The notes below the pieces were generated by a model. It saw only the letters and a program-made list of their open reading frames with translations. It made no database searches and was not told the DNA's origin. The position numbers and the translations under genes are program-made. 64,000 nucleotides of DNA from positions 960,001 to 1,024,000 of the forward strand of contig OY970399.1 of NCBI GenBank assembly GCA_963720545.1, written 5' to 3'. Each line of letters starts with the position of its first letter. Position 1 is the stretch's first letter. Of the stretch, positions 41,891-54,561 are shown one piece after another. The DNA comes from an uncultured Acidobacteriota bacterium (lineage in GTDB: Bacteria; Acidobacteriota; Vicinamibacteria; Fen-336).

Positions 41891-44206
41891 ATGCCGCTGT
41901 CGCGCCCGCGAGCTGCTCTCTTTGCAGCTGCCGTCGTCGCTGTTGTCCTGGCTGCCGCCTATGCCTGGCGCAGTGGCGCGCTGGCACGCCTCGGCAGTGG
42001 CGGACGCCCGCGGAACCTGCTGCTCGTCACCATCGACACGCTGCGCGCCGACCGCCTCGGCAGCTACGGCTATGCGGCGGCGCAGACGCCGAACCTCGAT
42101 GCCCTCGCCCGCCGCGGCCTGCGCTTCACGCAGGCGACGACGGTGGTGCCGCTGACCCTGCCGGCGCATTCGTCGCTCCTCACCGGCACCTTCCCCGCCT
42201 GGCACGGCGTGCGCGACAACGGCGGCTTCTACCTGGGCGACGACCAGCTGACGCTCGCCGAGGTGCTGAAGGACAAGGGCTTCCGCACCGGCGGCTTCGT
42301 CTCGGCGTTCGTCCTCGACCGCCGCTGGGGCATCGCGCAGGGGTTCGAGCGGTTCTTCGACGACTTCGACCTCGAGAAGTTCAGCAAGGCCCCGAGCATG
42401 GACTTCATCCAGCGCCCCGGAAGCGAGACGGTCGAGCAGGCGATGGCCTGGCTCGGTGAGGACCGGGCCCGGCCTTTTTTCGCCTGGGTGCACCTCTACG
42501 ACCCGCACGCGCCCTACGAAGCTCCCGAACCGTACCGGTCGCGCTTTCCCGCGACGCTCCAGGGCGCCTACGACGCCGAGATCGCCTCGGCCGACGCAGA
42601 CGTCGGCCACCTGCTCGACGGCCTGGCGCGCCAGGGGCGGCTCGAGGACACGCTGGTGGTGGTGCTCGCCGACCACGGCGAGATGCTCGGCGAGCATGGC
42701 GAGCAGCAGCACGGCTTCTTCATCTACGACGGCGCGGTGCGCATCCCGCTGCTGATGGCGGGTCCCGGTCTCGCGCCGCGCACGATCTCCGACCAGGTGC
42801 GCATCGTCGACGTCATGCCGACGGCGCTCGAGCTGCTCGGCGTCGCGCGGCCCGCCGCGGTCCAGGGGACGAGCCTGCTGCCGCTCACCCACGGGCAGCG
42901 GCTTGGCCTGGTGGCGCACTCGGAAACCTGGTATCCGCGCTATCACTACGGCTGGAGCGAGCTGCGCTCGGTGCAGGACGGGCGCTTCAAGCTCATCGAG
43001 GCGCCGCGTCCCGAGCTCTACGATCTCGACTCGGACCGTAGCGAAGGCACCGACCTGGCGGGCGGCGATGCGGCGCGGGCGCAGTCGATGCGCGCCGCGC
43101 TCGCCGCCTTCGAAAGCCGCACCACGCGCGCCGGTGCAGCCAAGGGTCCGGCGCCGGTCGATGCCGAGACCGAGGAGAAACTGGCGGCGCTCGGCTACGT
43201 CGGCAGCGTCAGCGGCAGCCACATGAAGGACGTCGCCGGCGTGGTGCGCGGCGATCCCAAGGACAAGATCGGGCTTTACAACCTGCTGAAGAAGGCGGGG
43301 AGCGCCTCGGGCGGCGACAACCAGGACGAAGCGATAGCGCTGGTGCGCAGCGCGCTGCGCCAGGATCCCACGATCGTCGAGGGCTACATGCTGCTCGGCA
43401 ACTTCCTCAGCAAGGCGAAGCGGCTCGACGATGCGGTGGCCGCCTACAAGCAGGCGCTGGCGCTCGACCCGGAACACCAGAACGCGCTCTTCAGCCTGGC
43501 GGTCGCCTACAAGGACGGGAACCGGCTCGAGGACGCCCGCCTCGGCTTCGAGCGGGCGCGCGCGCTCGACCCGCGGAACGGCAAGGTGCTGTTCCAGCTC
43601 GCCGACCTCGCGCTGCGGCAGAAACGGCCGCAGGACGCCGAAGCCATCATTCGCGACGCGCTCGCGCGCAAGGTGGACGAGCACCGCTTCCTGCAGAAGC
43701 TCGGCGAGAGCTACATCGAGTCGAAGCGTTACGCGGAAGCGGAGAAGGCACTGAAGGAAGCGCTCGCGAAAAAGGCCGACCTGCCCGCGGCGCAGTTCGA
43801 CCTCGGCCTCGTTTACGAAGACACCGGCCGCCCCGAGATGGCGATCGTCGCCTATCGCGCCGAACTGGCGCGCGCGCCAACCGCGCACCGCGCGGCCTTC
43901 AATCTGGCCAAGCTTCTGGCGCGCAAGGGCGAACTGGCCGAGGCCACCTCCCTCTTTCGCAAGGTCGTCGAGGTCGATCCCAACTTCGGCACCGGGCGCC
44001 TGTACCTCGCCAAGGCGCTGCTCGACGCGAACGACCTGCCAGGCGCCGAAGACGAAGCGAAGAAGGGGCTCGCGCAAAACCCCGACCCGCAGATGGCGCC
44101 CCTCGGCCACTACGTCCTGGCTGACGTCTACTCGCGCCTGGGGCGCGAGCAGGAGGCGCGGCGCGAGGCGGCCTTGGCGAAGCGGCTGGAGCGGCCGGTC
44201 GACTAG
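41891..44206 (+). CDS. Sulfatase-like (alkaline phosphatase superfamily) hydrolase with C-terminal TPRs
   Basis: N-terminal TM; DTLRAD, PLTLPAHSSLLTG, HLYDPH, ADHGE, LAALGY, TPR repeats. Confidence 0.9.
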   Translation: MPLSRPRAALFAAAVVAVVLAAAYAWRSGALARLGSGGRPRNLLLVTIDTLRADRLGSYGYAAAQTPNLDALARRGLRFTQATTVVPLTLPAHSSLLTGTFPAWHGVRDNGGFYLGDDQLTLAEVLKDKGFRTGGFVSAFVLDRRWGIAQGFERFFDDFDLEKFSKAPSMDFIQRPGSETVEQAMAWLGEDRARPFFAWVHLYDPHAPYEAPEPYRSRFPATLQGAYDAEIASADADVGHLLDGLARQGRLEDTLVVVLADHGEMLGEHGEQQHGFFIYDGAVRIPLLMAGPGLAPRTISDQVRIVDVMPTALELLGVARPAAVQGTSLLPLTHGQRLGLVAHSETWYPRYHYGWSELRSVQDGRFKLIEAPRPELYDLDSDRSEGTDLAGGDAARAQSMRAALAAFESRTTRAGAAKGPAPVDAETEEKLAALGYVGSVSGSHMKDVAGVVRGDPKDKIGLYNLLKKAGSASGGDNQDEAIALVRSALRQDPTIVEGYMLLGNFLSKAKRLDDAVAAYKQALALDPEHQNALFSLAVAYKDGNRLEDARLGFERARALDPRNGKVLFQLADLALRQKRPQDAEAIIRDALARKVDEHRFLQKLGESYIESKRYAEAEKALKEALAKKADLPAAQFDLGLVYEDTGRPEMAIVAYRAELARAPTAHRAAFNLAKLLARKGELAEATSLFRKVVEVDPNFGTGRLYLAKALLDANDLPGAEDEAKKGLAQNPDPQMAPLGHYVLADVYSRLGREQEARREAALAKRLERPVD

Positions 44207-44209
44207 CGA

Positions 44210-47028
44210 CTAGAAGCGGATCTTCGCGCCCAGCATGAAGCGGCGCGGAAACACCGGCGACGAGAACTGGTTGAAGAGCGGCGAATCGACCAGGCTGCTC
44301 AGCACCGTCTCCGGGGCGTCTTCGTTCAGCAGGTTCAAGGCGTCGACGAACACGCCGAATTTCGCTTCCTTGCCGAGCTTGAAGTCTTTCTGCAGCCGCA
44401 TGTCGAGCTGCGTGACGTCGGCGATGCGCGGCGTCGTGCCGCGCTCCTGCAGCAGGAGGGTCGTGCCCTCTGGGATGTTCGTGATCTCGGGGAGGACCGA
44501 CGTGCGCCGCACGGACCACGCGCCGTTGCGAAACGCCATGTTGGCCGAGACCAGCACGTCCCACGGCAGCTTGTAGAGCAGTTGCGCCTTGGCCGACCAG
44601 GTGACGTCGAGCGGCAGGCGCCCGCCAGTGTTGATGAGGTCGTTGGGGTTCTTGCCGAAGTCGCGGAATTGCAGCCCGCCGCGCTGGGCGATGCCGACGC
44701 CCGAGACGCTGTCGGTCACGCGGCCAGTGCCGCGCAGCCAGGTCACCGAGGCGTTCGCCTGCCAGTTGCCCGACATGCGCTTGATGAACGAGACGCTCAC
44801 GGCGTTGACGGTGCTGCCGATCGTGGGGCCGTTCACGATCTGGAACTGCCGGTCGGCCGGGTCGCTCGTCAGCCGGAAGATGTCGAAGGTGTTGCCGGTG
44901 CCCTCGTCGGTGAACGGGATGCGCTCGTAGGTGCCGGTGGTGTCCGTCCAGCTCGCATAGTCCTTGGCGCGCTTGTGGCTGTAACTGACGGTCATCCCCA
45001 GGGATTCCATCAGCTCGCGTTCGAAACTCACGGTGAACTGGTCGGTGCGCGGCGAGCGGTAGTTGGGATCGACGCTGAGGTTGGTGTTGCCTTCCAGGAA
45101 CGTCAGCTCGGTGAACTCGCCGGTGTCGAAATCGTAGCCGGTACCGGCGAACGTCGGCTTGATGCTGGCCCCCACGACGTTCGCATACTCGCCAGTCGCC
45201 ACCGCGCGGTGGTAGCGGCCGTAGAAGCCCTTCAAGACTGTCTTGCCGTCGCCGCGTGAGCTTCAGGTTGAAGCCGACCCGCGGCGACCAGCTCTTCCAG
45301 GTGAAGAAGTCCTGCTCGGGGAAGGTGTTTCCGGTCGTGGCGCCGAACTCGTCGACTTCGTCCTGCGCCGCGGAGAACGCCTTGTTGTGGTCGTAGCGCA
45401 CGCCGAAGTTGAGCGACAGGCGGTCGTTGACGCGCGCGGTGTCGTCGAAGAAGACGCCCAGCGTTCCTGGCATTGCCGCTGTAGCTGAACGGCTGGCGCT
45501 CGTAGCCGTAGCCGTAGCGCGTGCCGTTGTAGGTGTAAGTGAACACCAGGTCGTTGTAACCGTAGTTGCCCTTGGCCTGCGCATCCGAGTACTGCACGCC
45601 GAAGCGGAAGTCGTGGCCGGCGCCAAGGAAGTGGTCAGCCTGGTGCGAGATCTTGGCGGTGTAGGTCTGGCGCTTGGTCGGGTCGGTGTCGTACCAATAG
45701 TAGAAGCCGCCGCTCGTGAGCCCGGTGTCGAGGTCGTAGAAGCGGTCGAGGTCGCGCGGCTGGTTCGGGTCGGTGGGGCCGCCCTGGACGCGGCCGTAGA
45801 AGCCCGAGTAGCGCACGTCCAGCACTGTCTTGTCCGAGAGCACGCCGGTGTAGCCGATGCCCGGAGTCGGCGTCTTGCCGCGGCGCGTGAACGCCTCGCT
45901 CAACTGCTGGGTGACGCCGATACCGTAGTCGTCGTCGCGCTTGTCGAGGCTGAAGGTCGCGACCACCTTGTGGTTCGGGTTGATCTGCCAGTTGATCTTG
46001 CCGAGATAGCGGTCCGACTTGCGGCGCCGCTCCGAGAGCGGGTTCGACGTCTCGGTGCCGGCTTCGGCGAAGTAGTCGCGCTGGAAGCCGTAGGACGCGA
46101 AGAACCACAGCTTGTCCTTGATGATCGGCCCGCCGAGCTGCGCCGAAAAGTCGCGGTACTGGTCGCGGAAGAACGGGCAGCGCAACGTGGCGTCGCTGGG
46201 GCAGGCGTCGAACGGCGTGCCGTCGTTGAGACGCACGTTCTTCGTGTTGTCGGAGGTGAGGCCGTCCGACTGCAGGTAGAAGTTGACGTCGCCGTGGTAT
46301 TCGTTCGTCCCCTGCCGCGTCACGATGTTGTAGACGGCGCCCGAGGCGTTGCCATACTCGGCCGGAGCGCCGAGCGACAGCACCTCGACTTCCTCGATGG
46401 CGTCGGTGCTCGGCTCGGCGAGCGCCTCGTTGAAGAAGGTCTCGGTGATGTCGACGCCGTCGAGCTGGAACGAGTTCTCGTCGTACGACGACCCGTAGGC
46501 CATGGTGCGCTGGGCGTTGAAGCCGTTGTCGCCCGCCTGCATCGACCCCGGCGCCGCCGCCACCAGATCGAAGAAACTGAGTCGCCGCAGCGGCGCGTTC
46601 TCCACCAGCGTGCGGTCGAAGTTGCTGCCGACTTCGTTCGAGGTGGTGTCGACGACCGGCGCGTCCGCGACGATCGTGACTTCCTCCTGGAGCGCCGACA
46701 CCTCGAGGTTCGCGCTCTCCTCGACACCCTGCCCCAGGCCCACGCGCAGGCCGGTGCGAGTCATGGTCTTGAAGCCGCCGATCGTGAAGCTGATCTGGTA
46801 CTGCCCCGGCGGCAGCCCGAGCACCCGGTAGAAGCCCAGCTCATTGGTGGTTGCGGTGCGCGCGCCGACGATGTTCTCGCCGCTGATGCTGACGGTGGCG
46901 CCGGGCAGGATGGCGCCGCTGGTGTCGCGCACGGTGCCGGAGACGCTGCCTGTCGTCCGCTGAGCGAGGAGCGCCATGGGACAGAGGCCGGTGAACACGG
47001 CGACCAGGAACGCGATCCGCTTCCGCAT
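44210..47028 (-). pseudogene. Oar-like TonB-dependent receptor interrupted by two +1 frameshifts (or sequencing errors)
   Basis: Signal peptide, CarboxypepD_reg-like domain and plug (PAEYG..GAVYNIVTRQG); barrel continues across three frames (breaks at about 45465 and 45254) and ends ..GAKIRF. Confidence 0.8.
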
Positions 47029-47047
47029 CTGGGGTGACTCCTTGGTG

Positions 47048-47081
47048 GCAGGTTTGTACACCTGCACGGAGGCCAATGCAA
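47048..47081 (-). promoter_or_regulatory. Promoter with overlapping palindromic operator
   Basis: TTGCAT-17 nt-TACAAA on the - strand; GCAGGT-N6-ACCTGC (47048-47065) covers the -10. Confidence 0.45.
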
Positions 47082-47108
47082 GGGAACGGGCGTGCGTCGG
47101 CCCCGCGT

Positions 47109-48199
47109 CTAGCGGCCGAATTCGTCGAGCGCCAGGCCGATGCGGCGCAAGCCCTCGCGAAACGTCCCGGGGTCGATGCCGAGGCCGACACGGAATCCGT
47201 CCGCGGCGCCGAAGAAGCGGCCCGGCACCACGCTCGTCTCGTGGCGTTCGCGCAGCAGCCGCGCGAAATCGTCCACCGAGCCGCCGCGCAAGCGCGGGAA
47301 GCGCACCGTGCCGGCACGCGGCGACGCATCCTGCAGGTCGCGGCGCAGCGCCACGAACGTGTCGAAGGCGGCGCGGTTCGGCTCCAGCAGGCCCTGCGCT
47401 CGCAGCCGCAGCTGGCCGAGCCGGTTGAGTGCCACGAGGCTCAGGCGCTCGGCCGGGTGCGCCGGTACGTTCACCATCACGTCGTGCATGCGGTGGGCGC
47501 GCAGCGCGATCTCGGGCGCCGCCAGGATGTAGCCGCAGCGCAGGCCGGACAGCCCGAAGGCCTTGGTCAGGCTCGAGGTGGCGATGAACGCCGGGCCGAG
47601 GCGAAAGGCGCTCGGCAGCGGGTCCGAATAAAGCGCCTCGAGATAGACCTCGTCCACCAGAACGCGCGCGCCGACCGAGGCTGCCAGCCGGCCCACCTCC
47701 GTGAGTACTGCGTCGTCGCTGCGCACGCTGGTCGGGTTGTGCAGGTTGGTCAGCGCCACGAGGCGGGTGCGCGGCGAGAGCGCGGCCCGCACCGCCGCCG
47801 GGTCGATGGCGTAGTGGTCGGCCGCGCGCCGCGCGAAGCGCTTCACCACCGCACCGAGGTGGTGCGCCATGTCCACGAGCAGCGGATAGGTCGGCTCCTC
47901 GATGACCACCTCGTCGCCCTTGCCGAGGCAGAGCGACATGACGATGAAGTTCGCGAGCGAGGTGCCGCCGGCCGCCACCAGGCACTCGGCCGGCACGTCG
48001 AGGCGGCGCGCCAGCTGCTGCTGCAACGGCGGCCATCCGTAGGCGCTCGGACCGGTCAGCTCGAGGTCGGCAAGCGTTGCGCCCAGCTCGGCGAGGCTGA
48101 CCGGCGCCACGCCGCTGACCGCCAGGTTGAAGGTGGCGTCGGCGCGGGTCTTGGCCCACTCCATGTACTCCGATGCCGATTCGCGCAGCGCCGGCACCG

Positions 48200-48203
<4 letters not shown>
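47109..48203 (-). CDS. PLP-dependent aminotransferase class I/II
   Basis: TNLHNPT, DEVY, SLTKAFGLSGLRCG; ATGA overlap with the kinase gene. Confidence 0.9.
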
Positions 48204-50773
<2,570 letters not shown>

Positions 50774-50869
50774 TTCGAGGAGGGGTTCACGGTGTTGATG
50801 GTACCCGAACTCCGGGCAGCGGCCGGGGCCGCGAACGCGCGATACCCGTATTCCCGAGGAGTGGACTAT

Positions 50870-50942
50870 GACGCAAGCGCCTGGGGAACGGACTAACGGA
50901 AATCGACGGATTGGAGGGGGACGGAGAGGCCAATCCGTCGAT
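50870..50942 (-). repeat. Solo copy of the 37.5-kb palindromic repeat unit
   Basis: GACGCAAGCGCCTGGGG, purine linker, then ATCGACGGATTGG-N15-CCAATCCGTCGAT. Confidence 0.9.
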
Positions 50943-50946
50943 GGCC

Positions 50947-52245
50947 TTACTCGTTCTTGTAGACGGTGCCGCCCTTCATCACGAACTTCACCTTCTCGGT
51001 GAGCTTCACGTCCGCGAGGGGGTCGCCAGGAACCGCGACGATGTCGGCTTCCTTGCCGGCTTCGAGCGTGCCGACGAGCTTGTCGAGGCCGAGGAGCGTC
51101 GACGCTCCCTGGGTGGCCGCGCGCAGGGCGGCCGCGGGCGTCATGCCCGCTGCCACCATGAAGGCGAACTCCTGCGCGTTGACGCCGTGCGGGCTCACGC
51201 CCGAGTCGGTGCCGAAGGCGATCTTCACGCCCATCGCCACCGCCTTCCTGAGCACCGCCTCCTGCGAATCGGCAGCCGCCTTCGCCTTCGCGGCGATTTC
51301 CGGCGGCAGGTTGCGGGCGCGCCGCCCCGAGTATTCGGCGGCGAGGCAGGTCGGCACGTAGTACGTGCCCTTCTCCTTCATCATGCGCAGCGCCTCGTCG
51401 TCGAGGAACGAGCCGTGCTCGATCGAGTCGATGCCGGCGCGCACCGCCACCTTGGCCGCTTCCGCACCGTGCGAGTGCGCCGCCGCCTTCTTGCCGAGCT
51501 TGTGGGCTTCGTCGACGAGCGCGTTCATCTCGTCCTGGGTGAGCTGCGGGGTGTCCACCGCGTCGCCCAGCGACAGCACGCCGCCGCTCGCACAGGTCTT
51601 GATGACGTCGGCGCCGTACTTCACCTGGAAGCGCACCGCGTCGCGGAACTGGTCGGCGCCGGCGGCAATGCCGTCCTGGATGCCGCTCTCCTTGCCGAAG
51701 AACATGTACGGAAAGCCGCCGTTATCGCAGTGGCCGCCGCGCGAGCCGAGCGCGTGCACCGAAACCAGCAGGCGCGGGCCGGGCACGACGCCGGCGTTGA
51801 TGCTGTTGCGCAGCGCGACGTCCACATAATCGGTCGAGCCAAGGTCGCGGGTGGTGGTGAAGCCGGCGAGCAGCAGGCGCTTCGCGTAGACGGTCGCGCG
51901 CACCGCCACCTCGGGCGCACCCATGCGCATGCCGTTGACGGTGTCCACATACCAGTTCTCGCCCATCTCACCGGAGACGTGGGTGTGGGAATCGATGAAT
52001 CCCGGAACCAGGGTCGCATCGCCGAGATCGATGACCTTCGCACCGGCGGGCACGCTGCCGCCCGAGGAAACCGACTTGATCTTCGTGCCCTCGACCACGA
52101 TGACGGCGTTCGGCGTGGCCTTGTCGCTCTTCGCGTCGAAGTAGCGCGCCGCCTTCAGCACCGTCACTGACGCAGCCGCCGGCGCTTGCGCCCATGCGGG
52201 CGAGACCAGGAACGCCACCGCCGCCGCCAGCAAACCGAACCTCAT
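50947..52245 (-). CDS. Secreted amidohydrolase (prolidase/Xaa-Pro dipeptidase-like)
   Basis: GGGAGG RBS; signal peptide; PGFIDSHTH, AAHSH, IEHG, FGTDSG. Confidence 0.9.
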   Translation of the reverse strand: MRFGLLAAAVAFLVSPAWAQAPAAASVTVLKAARYFDAKSDKATPNAVIVVEGTKIKSVSSGGSVPAGAKVIDLGDATLVPGFIDSHTHVSGEMGENWYVDTVNGMRMGAPEVAVRATVYAKRLLLAGFTTTRDLGSTDYVDVALRNSINAGVVPGPRLLVSVHALGSRGGHCDNGGFPYMFFGKESGIQDGIAAGADQFRDAVRFQVKYGADVIKTCASGGVLSLGDAVDTPQLTQDEMNALVDEAHKLGKKAAAHSHGAEAAKVAVRAGIDSIEHGSFLDDEALRMMKEKGTYYVPTCLAAEYSGRRARNLPPEIAAKAKAAADSQEAVLRKAVAMGVKIAFGTDSGVSPHGVNAQEFAFMVAAGMTPAAALRAATQGASTLLGLDKLVGTLEAGKEADIVAVPGDPLADVKLTEKVKFVMKGGTVYKNE

Positions 52246-52302
52246 CCCATTGCCTCCCATTGAAGTCGCGTCGGGATCCTAGCCCATGGGCGATAATGCC
52301 GT

Positions 52303-53730
52303 ATGCAGCGACGCTCCGACAGTCGTTTCGCCGCGTTTCTCCGCCGTCTCGTGGTGCTCGCCGCCGTCGTGGCGGCGGTCGCGCTACTGCTGGCGCTGGT
52401 GCGTACGGGCGGCAAGCCGACAATCGCGATGCGTGCCAGCTCCGCCGCGATCGGCCGCAAGACCAGCGTCACGATCGACGTCGCCGAGCCGGGCCGCGGC
52501 GTCTCGAACGTGAGCGCCGAGCTGGTGCAGGGGACGAAGACAACGCCGCTCGGCGAGATCAGCTTCCCCGTCCGGCCGTTCTGGGCGTTCTGGGGCCACC
52601 GCACGCAGACAGCGCAACTGAACGTCGCTGTGGGCCGCGACGCGATCCCGTCGCTCACCGCCGGCGAGGCGGTGGTGCGCGTCAGCGCGGCGCGTGCGTC
52701 CACCTGGCTGCGCCATCCAGCGCCCGTGGTGGCCGAGCTGAAGATGCCGGTGCGGCTGGCACCGCCGGCGGTGCAGCTGGTGTCGAGCAAACACTACGTG
52801 GCGCAGGGCGGCTGCGAGGCGGTCGTCTACAAGGTCGGCGAGGCGGCGGTGCGCGACGGCGTGCGCGTCGGCGACTGGTTTTTCCCCGGCCATGCGCTCC
52901 CCGGCGGCGGCAAGCAGGACCGGTTCGCGCTGTTCGCGGTGCCCTACGACCAGGGCGACTCGAGTGCCGTCAAGCTGGTGGCGGCCGACGACGCTGGCAA
53001 CGAGTCGGCGGTCGCATTCGTGGACCAGTTCTTCCCGCGGCCGATGAAGGCCGACACCATCGAGCTGAACGACGGGTTCCTCGGCAAGGTGGTGCCGGAG
53101 ATCATGGCGCAGACCGCCGGCTTCGCCGACCGCGGCGGACCGCTGCCGAACTACCTCGCGATCAACGGCGAACTGCGCCGCGCCAATGCCGCCGAGCTGA
53201 AGAAGCTGGCCGAGGCGTCGCAGGAGAAGTTCCTCTGGAGGGATGCGTTCGCGCCGTTTCCGGGCGGCCAGGTGATGTCGAACTTCGCCGACCATCGCAC
53301 CTACATCTACAACGGCCAGAAAGTGGACCAGCAGGATCACCTCGGCTTCGACCTGGCCTCGACCGAGAAGGCGAACGTGCCCGCGGCCAACGCCGGCGTC
53401 GTGGTGCTGGCACGCTACTTCGGCATCTACGGCAACACCGTGGTGCTCGACCACGGCTACGGCCTCCTGTCCCTTTACGCGCACCTGTCCTCGATCGACG
53501 TGCACGAAGGCCAGGCGGTCGAGCGCGGCACGGCACTGGGACGTAGCGGCCAGACAGGCCTGGCCGGCGGCGACCACCTGCATTTCACAATGCTGCTCGA
53601 CGGCCTCGCGGTGACGCCGGTCGAGTGGTGGGATGCGCACTGGCTGCAGGACCGCCTCTCGGGCAAGCTCGGCAACGCGCTGCCCTACACGCAGCAGGCC
53701 GCGGCCGCGCGACCGGCGCGGCGGCGGTAG
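52303..53730 (+). CDS. M23 family metallopeptidase
   Basis: N-terminal TM; HLGFD, YGN..DHG, YAHL, HLHF. Confidence 0.9.
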   Translation: MQRRSDSRFAAFLRRLVVLAAVVAAVALLLALVRTGGKPTIAMRASSAAIGRKTSVTIDVAEPGRGVSNVSAELVQGTKTTPLGEISFPVRPFWAFWGHRTQTAQLNVAVGRDAIPSLTAGEAVVRVSAARASTWLRHPAPVVAELKMPVRLAPPAVQLVSSKHYVAQGGCEAVVYKVGEAAVRDGVRVGDWFFPGHALPGGGKQDRFALFAVPYDQGDSSAVKLVAADDAGNESAVAFVDQFFPRPMKADTIELNDGFLGKVVPEIMAQTAGFADRGGPLPNYLAINGELRRANAAELKKLAEASQEKFLWRDAFAPFPGGQVMSNFADHRTYIYNGQKVDQQDHLGFDLASTEKANVPAANAGVVVLARYFGIYGNTVVLDHGYGLLSLYAHLSSIDVHEGQAVERGTALGRSGQTGLAGGDHLHFTMLLDGLAVTPVEWWDAHWLQDRLSGKLGNALPYTQQAAAARPARRR

Positions 53731-53733
53731 CGC

Positions 53734-54528
53734 ATGAGTCTCGTCGGCTACCAGCCGGGCAGCGACGGCATCGCCCTCATCACCCTCGACGACCCGCCCG
53801 CCAACACCTACTCGTACGACATGATGCGCGAGCTGGATACGGCGATCCTCGCGGCGCGCATGGACGACGCGGTGCATGCAATCCTCATCACCGGCGCGGG
53901 CGAGAAGTTCTTCTGCGCCGGCGCCAACATCTCACTCCTGCAGGCGATGACGCCGCGCTTCAAGTATGCGTTCTGCCTGCACGCCAACGAGACGCTGAAC
54001 CGCCTCGAGCAGACGCCGAAGCTCGTGGTCGCGGCCATCAACGGCCATTGCGTCGGCGGCGGGCTGGAGGTGGCGATGGCGGCCGACCTGCGCTTCGCGC
54101 GCAAGGGCGCGGGCAAGACCGGCCTGCCCGAGGTTTCGCTCGGCGTGCTGCCCGGCACCGGCGGCACACAGCGGCTGGTGCGCCTGCTCGGCAAGGCGAA
54201 GGCGATGGAACTGATGACGAGCGGCCGGCTCGTCGACTTCGACGCGGCGGCGGCGCTCGGCCTGGTCGGCGAGGTCGTCGCAGCCGACTCGGCAGCCGCG
54301 TTCCTGGCCGCGGTGCGCGACAAGGTGCGCGAGCTGGTGCCGCCGGCGAAGGCAAGCAAGGCCGTCGGCCTCATCAAGCGCGCCGTGCAGTCGGGAGCCG
54401 AGATGAGCTTCGTGGACGGCCTCGCTCTGGAGCGCGAGCTGCAGCAGCAGCTCTTCGAGTCGGACGATGCGCGCGAGGGCCTCGCGGCCAGCGTCGCGAA
54501 GCGCAAGGCGGTGTTCAAGGGCGTGTAG
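53734..54528 (+). CDS. Enoyl-CoA hydratase/isomerase
   Basis: FCAGAN, GGGLE, PEVSLGVLPGTGGTQRL. Confidence 0.92.
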   Translation: MSLVGYQPGSDGIALITLDDPPANTYSYDMMRELDTAILAARMDDAVHAILITGAGEKFFCAGANISLLQAMTPRFKYAFCLHANETLNRLEQTPKLVVAAINGHCVGGGLEVAMAADLRFARKGAGKTGLPEVSLGVLPGTGGTQRLVRLLGKAKAMELMTSGRLVDFDAAAALGLVGEVVAADSAAAFLAAVRDKVRELVPPAKASKAVGLIKRAVQSGAEMSFVDGLALERELQQQLFESDDAREGLAASVAKRKAVFKGV

Positions 54529-54561
54529 GCGCGCTCCTTCGCTTAAGCTCTGCGGACCCCA

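Noticed and set aside
45240..45480. Programmed frameshifting or phase variation in the TonB receptor
   Set aside because: No slippery heptamer or homopolymer tract, and two independent shifts would be needed
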